Positions 14,088 through 26,245 of a DNA stretch of 64,000 nucleotides are shown here, one piece after another. The position numbers and the translations under genes are program-made. The stretch lies in assembly GCA_951406725.2 (NCBI GenBank), contig OX597815.1, forward strand, positions 156,240,001 through 156,304,000, read 5' to 3'. A model generated the notes under the pieces. That model was not told where the DNA came from. It was given only the letters and a program-made list of their open reading frames with translations, and searched no databases. Source of the DNA: Octopus vulgaris. Lineage: Eukaryota. The stretch's first letter is position 1; each line of letters opens with the position of its first letter.

Positions 14088-14092
<5 letters not shown>

Positions 14093-14168
14093 TTTGTGAA
14101 ATTTGATTTAGTATTTCTAAATTGAATTTTCCCTGTAAGTTAGGAATAATATTCCCTCAAGTAATTAT

Positions 14169-14170
<2 letters not shown>
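14088..14170. repeat. ~80-bp (TA)n-flanked element; reverse-complement copy at 25311-25391
   Basis: TTGTGAAATTTGATTTAGTATTTCTAAATTGAATTTTCCCTGTAAGTT matches the reverse complement of AACTTACAGGGAAAAATTCAATTTAATATTAAATCAAATTTCACAA. Confidence 0.75.
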
Positions 14171-14218
<48 letters not shown>

Positions 14219-14849
14219 CATATATATACATATATACATATATATATACATATATACATATATATATATATTTATATGTATGTATATATGTACGTATGTA
14301 CGTCTGTACGTGTATATGTATATATGTATGTATGTACGTCTGTATGGACATATGTATGTGTGTATGCATGAATGTATGTATATTCCATATACTCACGTAC
14401 GCTTACCCTTGTTATAAAAAACTAGCATTTGTGAGAGACCAAATAACGTTAAATCATTTTTAGGGAACCAATATAGCGGATGAACACAGAACGTGTGTAT
14501 TATTTTGTTATTTAAAATGGAAGCATACTGTTGAGTTAATCGTTCATTCGAAAATATATATATATATATATTCATGCTTCAACGATCGACAAGCAGTTCC
14601 ATATATTATTTGCTGGTAATTCAATGTTGGAAATTTATTATGCGGATAATCACGATCCATGCAAAAATACGAAATGCGCTTTAGTAAAGAAGTATCTACT
14701 TTAAAAACAAATTGTATTTTTTCTTTTTTTATGTTAGAAATGGCAGTGTTGACTCGTCAATTTATAATGATAATACCAATTACAAAAATCTTTTCCAGTA
14801 AATGCATAAGGTCTGATATTTTGGGGGAGAGGATTAGTCCATTGCCTGT

Positions 14850-15005
14850 ACAGCTGAACATGAGTGCTACAAGCCAGATGTCGAAATGATTGCAGAGAAT
14901 AAAGTGCTTTGCTTAAGAACACAACGCGCTGCTCGGTCCGGGATCGAACCCATAATGTGGCGAACGTAAGCGCAACACCCAGACCACAGGGTCACGTGAC
15001 TTTCC
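14850..15005 (-). mobile_element. Degenerate tRNA-derived SINE
   Basis: Minus strand GGGTTCGATCCCGGACCG...GCGTTGTGTTCTTAAGCAAAGCACTTTATT. Relatives at 36120-36345, 41431-41790 and 59335-59610. Confidence 0.65.
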
Positions 15006-15039
15006 ATCATATCCAGCAAAATAAGCTGTGAGTTTTCAT

Positions 15040-15197
<158 letters not shown>

Positions 15198-15966
15198 CAT
15201 CCATCCATGAATTTATTTATTTATTAATTTTTAAATACATATTTTATCTGTGTTTAATCTGGGAATGCATACAATGAGCTTCTCTGCCCTAGGTGTATGG
15301 AAAACACTCGGCGAGAAAAGGAAGAAAATTTGAAGAAAGAAGGTAAAAACATAATAATGATAACAATAACAACCGCCACCATAGCAACATCAACGTCCTT
15401 TCAATGATTAGCTAGAGATGATTTTCTGCTATTTCGCTCCCTTAGAAGGTGAAAAAGCCGGAAGATATGCCGCTAAGCATTTTGTCCAAAACACTAACAA
15501 TCCTACCAGCTCCCTAACTCTAATATTGGTTCCAGACTTTCACACAATGTAAGCAATTTCGGGGTAGTGGGTAAGACGTCTACATCGGCCCTAGTGCTCG
15601 ACTGCTACTTATTTACTCTTCACTCAATATTGTTTGTGTCAAAGAATAGCATCTGCGTAGTTGTTCTTCGTGATAGAAACACCTCCTGACGTAATAATGT
15701 ATCATGGATATGTTATTTGCGTAAAAATTCGGAATATGAGCATGGCTAGAATGTTTTGATCAAAAGATTAATCAGGCCAACTTTCTTAATCAATAAAAGC
15801 AAATACATTATAAAGTAATCTATCTGTAATTTTCATTGTATATGTATAAAATATGTATAATATACAATACTATAAATATAATTCTATATACTTTCTGTGT
15901 ATATATACATACACACATATACATATATATATATAGATACATATATGTTATGTATGTATGTATGTT

Positions 15967-16125
15967 AAACCACTGGGAGTGAATGACTCCTAGCCTTTGT
16001 TAGGGCATCCTTCTAGGAAAAGGTAACTCCGGTAACTGGGATAACTCCGACATAAAACCTGCGGCTCAGTGGTTACCGATGAAGTTGACTTGTTCTTGTT
16101 TTCGGATTATGGCTGCTGTTACTTA
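15967..16125 (+). mobile_element. Possible RTE-type LINE 5'-UTR fragment
   Basis: GGGCATCCTTCTAGGAAAAGGTAACTCCG...AAAACC resembles the GGGCAACCAGTCTAGGAGAAGGAAAACTCTG motif of RTE 5' UTRs (recalled, unverified). Confidence 0.3.
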
Positions 16126-16768
16126 GTGAGTGGGATTGACAAAGTGCACAGTTTTCCTCACTTTAAAAAAAATCTTCTTGCACAGGCATTGCACGATAAC
16201 AACATTGATTAAGCTTCGTACAATGGCCATACTCGATAACGAGGGGGCAGTCACCATGTATGTACATATGTATGTATATATATGCATTACTGGTGTACTT
16301 ATCCCCAGTTTAATCCTCGTCAACTTGTCAAGTCAGGTTGTAGTGAAATGCCATGGCCACACGTCGTGCTTTTCAATATTCGTTCTATTTTAAAGCCGGT
16401 AAAGTGTCATGAAAAAGATATTAGTGCTGTTTCTAACTGGTCGAGTTACAACATTGAGGCTTCGTGATCGGTCGTAGACAATTACCGAAGGTTGTCGAAA
16501 TCTTACATTAAGAATTGAAGACGAAATTGGTAGCTGTTGACTTAACAGTGAAACCATGATGGATGGCATACTATAAAATGACTAATCTAACTTCAGCCAT
16601 GATAAAAACGTTTAAAGCTGACAACTGTGATATAGGGGAAAATCAACTACGATAAATAGTAATGATGATATTAGTAATAATAAAAAAAAAACAAAACCAC
16701 ACGAATGTGTAGAATACATACATACTTACAAATATACATACACAAGCCCACACGCTTAATGGTGCGCG

Positions 16769-16810
<42 letters not shown>

Positions 16811-17566
16811 CATACACAACACAATTTCGCATCAAAATCTCAGAAAATCGCAGAAAAAAACACATATGCGCAAAAAAAAAAACAAGAAAGACTTAAAGGA
16901 GCGTAGCTTCAATAGCGGACGGTCAGAGTAAAAATTTCTTGATACGGTCGCAAAACGCCGACGAAAACGCTTACTGGAATAAATAAAAAAGTAAATAAAT
17001 AAATAAATAAGTGGAAGTTGAACCGGTCACAACAAAATATATAACATCATTGCCACATAAATACAGGATGCTTGTATGAGCGAGTGTACTCGGGTTATGC
17101 AGCTTGTCTGAGGGCGTTTATACATCCATATTTGTTAACGGTTATTTTTAATACTTTTCTGGTTGGATTGCGTGTTCATTTCTCTTTTTGCCATTTGTGA
17201 TTTTATTTTTGATTTTCTATATAAATGAAGATATTTCCTCCGTCTGGCTACTTTTCTTTCTACAAAACGAAAAGTTACATTTCAGAATTTTTATTTTAAC
17301 GAGTTGTATTTATTTATCACCCGACGAGATACTTCTGCACTGCCGGATGCTCCTGAACCAGTCGTTGCGTGTCTCGCCCATTGAGGCATGGACGCTAGAT
17401 GTTTTGAAACAATTGTCATGATTAATAATAAATTCGCGTATATTCTATCTTCCATTTTTTATTTGCCATATATATATGTATGTATATATATATATATATA
17501 AATGTGTGTGTGTGTGAGTACGTGTACATACACACACACACATAAATATTTGTGTGTGTGTGTATA

Positions 17567-18390
17567 CTAGCTGACGTACACGGTAATTTCCAGAAAGTGA
17601 GGCTAAACCATTGGTTCTGTTCTCATAATTGTTTCACTAATCCAATAACAATACAAACTATGAAGCCCTTATAACTGATTTTGTGCATTTAGGAATACCA
17701 AAATTGTGAGGTCAGTTATGTAATAATATGAAATTAGTTACCCGATAGTTAGAATTCAAATAAAGTAACCCCGAAAAAGGCTTTAATGCGTTCCCACAGA
17801 ATATCGAATATAGGAGGAAATACTAATAAGGTATTTACTCTAAAATGAAGCATGTTACATAATAACAGGCTAATCAAAGTAAATAACGCTGAAAAGGGCT
17901 TTTGTTCGTTCCCAGAGTATATAACCCTCAAGGGTGCTAGTGTTGGTATATTCGTAAAAAAGTCACTAACCGAAATAAGTGGATCTGTTGTTTAGGAAAA
18001 TACTATTTGCTTGTTTAAGGGTTGTACTAGGTAAATTGCAAAATATAACTCTAAAAGTTCAAATACTAAGAAATGAGCATTTTCAATTTCAATTTCGACA
18101 AATAATTTAGGAAAATGAATAGGTTATTTCCCATGGATATATATATATAAGGATTCCTTCCAGGGCCGAATGCGTTATTTCCTTGGTTCTTAAAATAAAC
18201 TATATTAAAAATATATAAGGATTTATTCCAGTGGCCCTATTGTCGATTTTTTTCAATAATCTGAGTATTCCATGAGGTTTCCAGGCATGAGTTATACTCA
18301 CGTGTCAAGTTTCATAAAAATCGATAAAATGAGTAAGCTAAAAACTCCACAAGCACACCCAGAGACGGAAGTTCCCCCATATGTAGTAGA
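17567..18390 (-). mobile_element. Probable non-autonomous Helitron
   Basis: Minus strand begins TCTACTACATA and ends ...CCGTGTACGTCAGCTAG|T (TC...CTAG termini, decayed subterminal hairpin). Internal AAGTTTCATAAAAATCGAT motif is typical of such elements. The expected 5' flanking A is a T here. Confidence 0.45.
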
Positions 18391-18949
18391 AACGTATATA
18401 TATACATACATACATACGTATGTGTACATATGAATACACACACTCTTATTCACTTGAAACCTATCTTTATGTGGCAATGACTGTTATATATGAGTGAACA
18501 AAATATATCGTCAGTAACTGCGCGTCTCTAAAACATTGCAGAATAAACTGATGTAAATGAAAATGCATGAAAATCAAAAGAAATAGAATTAATGATGTTA
18601 CGTTGCATTATATCTATTATTGACTTTTATTATTTGTATAGCAAATATATTTCTTTTGCTTTTATGATTACATTATTAGTCATAACTGTTCTGATAGAAC
18701 TGAACTACATAAGATTGATAGATTTGTAACATTAGAGTGGTTGTTCAATGAATGTAGCAGGTACTATGTTCAGTCGTGGATTTCGAATTCTTTTTCAACC
18801 TAGTCGTCTTTGCTCTCCAGTGACGCGAAAACTTTCAAGAACAGTGATATGCTTAAGTGTTGTATAAATTTGTATTCATTTGATTAAATATCAAATGCTC
18901 ACATATTTATTTATTGATTTATTGATTGAATTCATAAATTTAGTTATCC

Positions 18950-18986
18950 ATCATTATTATTACCATCATCATCACCAGCAGCAGCA

Positions 18987-19050
<64 letters not shown>

Positions 19051-19102
19051 CATTATTATTATTATTATTATTACTATTACTATTACTATTATTATTATTG
19101 TT

Positions 19103-19171
<69 letters not shown>
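18950..19171. repeat. (TTA)n followed directly by (TAA)n; AT-triplet palindrome
   Basis: The strand switch is at about 19105 (TTATTAATAA). Confidence 0.9.
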
Positions 19172-19517
19172 CGGTTGATTGAATGACAGAATACTTAGCG
19201 CTTCGTTATTTCTTGTTGCGTTTTATGTTCTGAATGAAAACAAGGTCATCCTTTCGGGGTAGATAAATTAAGTTGCACAATGGGGTCGGTGTAATCGACT
19301 ACCCACTACCCCCAAATTTCAGGCCTTGTGCTTATAATAGAAAGGATTATTATTATTAAAGCACTGAGCCGGCAGAATCGTTAGCACGCCGGGCAAAACA
19401 CTTAGCGCCATTTCGCCCGTTTCTACATCTTTTGTTCAAATTGCGCCATGGTCGACTTAGCCGTTCATGCCTTCGAGATCGATAAAATAGGCACCAGTTA
19501 AGCACTGGGATCAATGT
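19172..19517 (+). mobile_element. Two tandem Meta-like SINE copies; the second is split by a LINE and resumes at 20727-20805
   Basis: First copy ends GGCCTTGTGCTTATAATAGAAAGGATTATTATT. Second reads ...GCACTGGGATCAATGT | LINE | TGTAATCGACTTA...GGCCTTGTGC. The uninterrupted junction GGGGTCGATGTAATCGAC is seen in other copies. Confidence 0.85.
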
Positions 19518-20726
19518 TAGTTAGTTAGTTAGTTAGTTAGTTAATTTGGCTCAAAAGCAAATAGCAAGGCCATGTAGGGGGACATGGAGTTAAGTACATG
19601 GTGGTGTTCATGTAAAGAGTTCAGGCCACTTGAGGTCCAGGGAGGCTTTGAACAAAGCGGTCGTCGGCATCTTCACCATCTCGTCTGGCAGCTTGTTCCA
19701 CGGATCCGCAACCCGGACGGAGAAAGCTCCTCTCCTTCGATTGAGATGAAATCGTCGCAGGTAGAGCTTTTCGGAATGACCCCGCAGCCGACGCTCCGGA
19801 GCAGGAGTGAAGAACAGCTCTTTCGAGAGGTTACACTTCCCGCTTATGATGTTGTGGGCGAGAATGAGATCACCACGGCGGCGGCGTTTTTCAAGAGAAC
19901 AAAGGTCGAGCGTCCTCAGCCTTTCTTCGTAGGACAAATTTTTGAGACCATGAACCATGCGGGTAGCCAGTCTCTGGACTCTTTCGAGGTGCTGTATGTC
20001 TTTGAGGAGATAAGGAGAAGAGGCTTGAATCCCATACTCCAATAAGGGTCTCACCAGCGTGACATAGAGTGGCAGGAATATGGCTGCTGTGAGCATTCCG
20101 AATGACCGTCGAATCAAAAACAGAATTCCGCGCGCTTTGTTGGCAGCATGGACGCACTGGGCCGAAGGCGAAAAGGAGGAATCCACCAAGATACCCGGGT
20201 CCTTTACCTGATCGGTCCTCTCCAGCAGCAGACGACCCGGCTCGAAATCAAGTTGAGTTGCAGGAGTAGAGCCGACAGGCAGATGACAGCACTTTGACAC
20301 GTTCAGACACAGGTCCCAATCGTTAGACCACTTCCAAATTTGGTGGAGGCATCGACGAAGATCCTCTATACTACCGCGAGGAGCGACCAGTTTGATATCG
20401 TCGGCAAATAGAAGTGTGTGTTGCGTGAGGTCGTCGGGCAAGTCATTTATGAAGACTAAGAACAACAAGGGCCCAAGCACTGAACCTTGAGGCACGCCAC
20501 TGCTCGCACTGGAGACGTCGGACCGCGAACCATTAACTTGAACTTGGAAGGAGCGATCTGAGAGGAAGGCACCAACCCATCGTACAATATCCGGATGGAA
20601 ACTATATGCTTGAAGCTTGACAAGTAGTAGGCTGTGGTTTACCGAGTCAAAAGCTTTGGCAAAGTCCAATAAAACGATGTCAACAGCATCACTATCATCG
20701 AGGATGCGCGTCACCAATTCTTCCAT
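19518..20726 (-). mobile_element. Young 5'-truncated CR1-type LINE; uninterrupted ~370-aa ORF2 C-terminus (RT), short 3' UTR and (CTAA)n tail
   Basis: ORF 19608-20744 contains LDFAKAFDSVNH, SGVPQGSVLGPLLFLVFINDLP, LLFADDIKL, LVRPLLEY, LERVQRLATRMV, LSYEERL and RRRGDLI. Tail is (GTTA)n at 19516-19543. Confidence 0.95.
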
Positions 20727-21034
20727 TGTAATCGACTTATTCACCCCACTCGAAATTCTTGGCCTTGTGCTAAAATTTTAAATCAGTATTATCATCATTA
20801 TTATTTGCACTATCAATAAAAAAAAGTATCAGATACGCAGTGCAAGAAGGGGGTGATGTGACCGACTTACACCTTCACCCGAAATTGCTTACCTTGTGCC
20901 AAAATTTGATGCCATTATTATTTGCACGGAAACAAACCCATTTCATGAGACAATAAATAACTCATCCATGCTTAGAACTTTCTCATCATAAACATGCATA
21001 ATTAAAATATAAAGAGAGTGCTCATCACATATCT

Positions 21035-21185
21035 TAATAATCCTTTCTATTATAGGCACAAGGCCGTACTTAATTTATCGATCCCGAAAGGGTGAAAGGT
21101 AAAGTCGACCTCAGCAGAATCTGAACTCAGAATACGGCTAAGCATTTCGCCCGGCGTGCTAGCGATTCAGCTAGCTCGCCGCCTT
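21035..21185 (-). mobile_element. Meta-like SINE with an internal deletion
   Basis: Same head and core as 9051-9335; same tail as 19320-19358. Confidence 0.8.
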
Positions 21186-21289
21186 ATTGTATATTTTAAT
21201 AATACAAACGTGTGTTTTAGCACCCTTGTCGGTTAAATGTTGTTATTAGAGATTTTAATTAGAGAAAGCTAATCAGGTATAGGTATGCA

Positions 21290-21428
21290 AAGGCGCTGTC
21301 ACGGCTGTGTGGTTAAGAGGCTTGCATTAGAGCGGCGTGCTTTCGGGTTCTGCCCGGGGATGAACAATGCCCTGTGAGTAAATTTAGTAGACGGTAAGGA
21401 TGTGGAAACCCGCCATGTGTGTGTTTGT

Positions 21429-21461
<33 letters not shown>

Positions 21462-21725
21462 GGTGTATATATGTGTGTGGGGGTGTATATATATGTGTGT
21501 GTGTGTGTGTGTATGTGTGTGTGTGTTTTCCCCTGCCGATTAGCAGCTGAAGTCGATTTGTTTACATCTCAATCACCTAGCGGTTCAGCAATAGAGATTG
21601 ATAGAATAAGTACAAGAACTTATAATGAATATGTACTGGGACGGATTAGTTTGACTAAACCATTCAAGAAATCGGCCCACCATGACTGAAGTCCAATGAC
21701 TGAAGCAAATAAAATATAAAAGACT
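21290..21725 (+). mobile_element. Composite tRNA-SINE with an internal (TG)n tract
   Basis: Head GGCTGTGTGGTTAAG, GTAGACGG, (TG)n, then TAGCGGTTCAGCAA...GATAGAATAAGTAC...ATGACTGAAGCAAATAAAA. Same family as 24802-25150. Confidence 0.75.
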
Positions 21726-21959
21726 ACCTTGTCTGTCTACTTATCTGTCTGCCTCACTCTCCCTCTCTCTCTCTCCTTGCTTGTTCGACCAACCACACCG
21801 CAGTTATTTTCATTGCCTCTAATATTTCTTTTCCTAATTAGCGCGTTTAACCTCTGAAAATAATCATATCCCACATGTTCTATTACATCCTTAAAGTTGA
21901 AGTAATTCAACTAAATGCTGCCACGATTTTAATAAAACGCTCAACACACAATTCACATT

Positions 21960-22203
21960 TTATTTCTGGGACTGCAACCATTGTGAGGCAGTGCCTTGGA
22001 CCGTTTTAGTCAAACAAATTGACAATAGCACTAATTTCATTTCTGCCTGGTACTTATTCTATCAGTGTTATAGCAAAACCACTAATTAACGGGGAAGTAA
22101 ACAAACCAACAACGATTGCCAATCAGTTGAGGACAATTAAACAGACACACTCATACACTCACATACTCACACACACAATCACACCCTTACACATACACAT
22201 ACA

Positions 22204-22235
<32 letters not shown>

Positions 22236-22402
22236 CACACAACGGGCTTCTGTATAGTTTCCGTCTACCAAATTCCATCACAAATATGGGTCGGTCAGGG
22301 ACAATAGTAGAAGTCACTTGCCTAAGGAGCCACGTAGAAGGACCGAAGGCGAAACTACGCAGCTGCAAAGCGATCTTTGAGCCATACAGCCATGCCTGCG
22401 CA
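21960..22402 (-). mobile_element. Composite tRNA-SINE (same family)
   Basis: Reverse complement of head GCGCAGGCATGGCTGTATGG, GGCAAGTG.CTTCTACTAT and TTTGGTAGACGGAAACT, with an internal microsatellite. Confidence 0.75.
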
Positions 22403-23159
22403 TATGAGAGAGATACACGTGAAGAGGAAAAATATATACACACACATATAAATAATGAGATATTAACATTATATTTTCGATGAAAGTATTTGAAATTGCC
22501 AAAATCAGATTTTTGGTTTTATATCGCTTGATTTTGGGCGAGACAAATCAAACAACCATTTAAAAGTATGTAAAATAAATTTTTAGTATGCTTCAAGATT
22601 ATATTTATCCGCTTTTAAAAGCTATTTTCAAATCACACGGCTACATCTTCTGTCTTCAGTTGCTTCTTAAAACAAAAAGATTCCAAAAGGATAAATCAAA
22701 CTTGGTGTTTGTTGAAGATGTTAATTTGATATGAAAGTTCCAAATCAAACTGGTCTTGAAGTTTTTGTCTCATTCATGATTTTATTTTTAGATTTATCAC
22801 TGATTCTTTCGTTTATTATGCTTCTTACTTTCTTTCTCACACACTCTCTCTCTCTCTTATCTTCTCTGTCAGTTCTTTTTCCACTTCTCTTTCTTCTTCT
22901 CTCTCACTGTCTATTTTTTTTTCTTTTCCATCACTGTTGCTTCCACGCGTTATTCGCTTTCTTTGATGTGTTTTTTTTATCTTTCTAAGTTTTTCTTACA
23001 CTTTCTGAATTTTTTTCAGTGTTTACCTCTTCCTATCACTATGTGTCTTTCTGCTTCTCTCTCTTTTTCCTGTCCTTTTCCTTTCCTTCCATTTAATATC
23101 TGAATATCGCTTAGTATTTTCATCCCTCTTAACCTCTCTCACACTCTCTCTCTCATATA

Positions 23160-23259
<100 letters not shown>

Positions 23260-23883
23260 ATTTACATATACGTGTCTATATATATTTACCTGTATACACA
23301 GACACACACACACACGCATACTTTCTCTTAACATGTATCACTCTGACTTTCTATCTTCACTTTATTTTAGTTCACCATCTACCCCTCTTCAATCCTTCCT
23401 TTTCTCTCCTTCTCTCTCTCTCTCTCTCTTTCTCTCTCTTCCTATTCCACGGAGGAATGTATCTAACTAGACTATTCCACACACCGGTATTATCTGAAAA
23501 CACTTAGCCTCCAGATAGAAATGTTTTAATGCATTTGATTATCTTGAAGCTGATTACTTTATTTATCTATTCATTTATTTATTTACATATGTTTTATTCT
23601 ATTTTTTCTTCCACAAATTATCAAAACCGCTTCTCCTAGATTCTATGAACTTTCTTTAAGACTCAACTATTCTATTTTGATGCTAATTGTTTTAGTTAGA
23701 GATTAAAATGTTAGATAATATTAACCAAAGTATCGATGAACCCCACACATTACATACCGCTATATCAACGTTATTTGTGATGCTTGTTCACTATAGTCAA
23801 GTCAGTTCCGCCCGAGAAGATCAATGATGAAAAGTGAATCTGTCATTCCCATTCTGAGTTTTTTCACGAATAACACACACACA

Positions 23884-23942
<59 letters not shown>

Positions 23943-24210
23943 ACACACACATGTATTTTATCTAATGTTTCTCTTTTGAAGAAAATAGCGTGTAATTTAT
24001 GAAAGGTTTGACTGCTATTTCAAGCAGGTTGAATAGGTATCTTGAGAAGCCTCCCCGTAACCATGCGTTTGCAGTAAGTTTTTCATTTTGGAAATACTTG
24101 AGTGAGTGGAGGACGTTAATGTATAAATAATGCAAGCGATCTTCACGGTGCAAGAGGTTGTAAGATATACAAATAACTAAAGTACCACACACACACACAC
24201 ACACACACAT

Positions 24211-24266
<56 letters not shown>

Positions 24267-24801
24267 GCACGCAGACGTACACACACACATACATATACAC
24301 ACACACATGCACATTAGTGATTAGCGAGGAGAGTCGTGATGGTAACGAATAGTAACTGCTGCATCCAACTTAAATATATATGAAGCGATTACATTCTTGC
24401 AAAGTAGTAATGATGGCTATTCGAAACAAAGATATACCGTTGTATTCACATATATGTATTGGTAGTATTTCATGCTGTAAACCATCAAAATGTTTTGTCT
24501 TACAGCTATGATCTGATCATATTTATACACAATTCCACTGTGGCGAAGGTACTTGACACTTTATAGTTTACAATACTATCTAGCTATAAAACAAATGTGA
24601 CTGTTACACTATATGTCTATCTATAGTGGCTATCGCCATGACTCTTCCACGATGTAATTGTTTCAATATGAAGACACGTTCTCTCATCGAGTCTGGAAAC
24701 TGAACCAAAATAAGCGAAATTGCGAAATCGTAATACACACACACACACATTCAGACTATGTATGTATGTATGTATGTATGTATGTATGTATGTATGTATA
24801 T

Positions 24802-25150
24802 AGGCGCAGGAGTGGCTGAGTCGTAAGAAGCTTGCTTCCAAACTTCATGGTTCCGGGTTCGGTTCAGTCCCATTGCGTAGCACCTTGTGCAAGTGTCTTC
24901 TACTGTGGCCTCGAATCGACCAAAGTCTCGTGAGTGGATATGGTAGACGGAAGCCGGAAGAAGACCGACCAAACTCATATAACTGCTTGATGTTCATACA
25001 CTTGTTTCTGTCTTCTATTTTTCTGTAAATTTCAACTGTGTGTGTATGTGTGTGTCTCCGTGTGTTTGTGTGTATTCTCCCCCTCCTACGCCGCTTGACA
25101 ACTGGTTTTGGTGTGTTTATGTCACCGTAAGTTAGCGCTTCGGCAAGCGT
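24802..25150 (+). mobile_element. Composite tRNA-SINE
   Basis: AGGCGCAGGAGTGGCTGAGTCGTAAGAAGCTTGCTTCC...GGTTCAGTCCC...CAAGTGTCTTCTACT...GGTAGACGGAA...CCGCTTGACAAC...TTAGCG. Further copies or fragments at 42460-42835 (-), 43270-43440 (-), 49945-50055 (-), 57925-58115 (+) and 60485-60650 (+). Confidence 0.8.
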
Positions 25151-25262
25151 TATCGATATCAGATATGCGTGGAGTCATATTTTGTTGTGAAGAGAAATAA
25201 CGGTCCTTTGGCTGCTATTTCTAAATTTTCGGTATGTGGTGAAGCAACTTGTTGCTAAACCC

Positions 25263-25317
<55 letters not shown>

Positions 25318-25400
25318 GGGAGTATAACTCCAAACTTCCAAACTTACAGGGAAAAATTCAATTTAATATTAAATCAAATTTCACAATATAAATATATAAT

Positions 25401-25699
25401 ATATATAAATTAGAGAAAAACCACGATTATGCAATTCAAACAATGATGGACATAAACCATATCATATAGAAAAAATAAAAGTTATTATAAAACATATAAC
25501 TAGATTAAAAATGTACAAAAAAGGAATAAAAAAAATTAAAGTAATAATATATAATAATACTTATTATGTTATTTTTTTTTTTGTACTTTTTGTACTTTTT
25601 GTGATCTAGTAATATGTTTTATAATATATTTTATTTTTTTCTATATGATATGGTTTATGTTTATCATTGTTTGAATTACATGATAGTGGTTTTTCTCTA

Positions 25700-25710
<11 letters not shown>
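25401..25710. repeat. Fold-back (inverted repeat) element, ~130-bp arms, embedded in (TA)n
   Basis: AAATTAGAGAAAAACCAC...TTCAAACAATGAT...CATAAACCATATCATATAGAAAAAA versus TTTTTTCTATATGATATGGTTTATG...ATCATTGTTTGAA...GTGGTTTTTCTCTAATTT. A related single arm ends at about 30794. Confidence 0.85.
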
Positions 25711-25795
<85 letters not shown>

Positions 25796-25844
25796 TGTGT
25801 GTGTGTGTGTTTCAGAATTTGTGTAAATATATATATATAGAATA

Positions 25845-26212
25845 ATATATCATTTGAATAACGATAAAATTAGGTTTGGTTTTCATGTTTTTATTATGGA
25901 ATTAAAAATAAATTTTAGAGTGATGAAGTGTGTGAAGTGTGTTAAACATAAAAATAATATTTTGCAATATGTAAAATGTTCATAAAGTTCATACGTTCGT
26001 AGTAATCATCGGATTTCGAAATGTAACTGCCAGTTAAATACATTTTGAAATCTGATGATAACTGCGAACATATGAAAGCGCTAAATGAACTTTATGAACA
26101 TTACAAAATATTTTTTTAATGTTTAAGGGAGGTAAACATTGTAAAAAGATTGTTTTTTTAAATATCATAATAAAAATACGTGAAAACCAGACCATGTTTC
26201 TACTTTGTTCAA

Positions 26213-26220
<8 letters not shown>
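25845..26220. repeat. Near spacer-less ~375-bp palindromic element ending in (TA)n
   Basis: Centre TAACTG-C-CAGTTA at about 26030. Arms AATGTTCATAAAGTTCAT / ATGAACTTTATGAACATT and GGTTTGGTTTTCA / TGAAAACCAGACC. Same termini as 60016-60170. Confidence 0.85.
26052..26085 (+). ncRNA. Degenerate minimal hammerhead-ribozyme-like core
   Basis: CTGATGA-N15-GAAA followed by palindromic AGCGCT and a CUA triplet. Helices I and II pair poorly in this copy. Confidence 0.35.

Positions 26221-26245
<25 letters not shown>

Noticed and set aside
19584-20045. 153-aa + strand ORF
   Set aside because: Antisense shadow of the GC-rich CR1 ORF; no independent motif.
20727-20744. Apparent start of the 378-aa RT ORF (MNKSIT)
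   Set aside because: A GTG and codons contributed by the flanking SINE. The LINE is 5'-truncated, so this is not a domesticated gene start.
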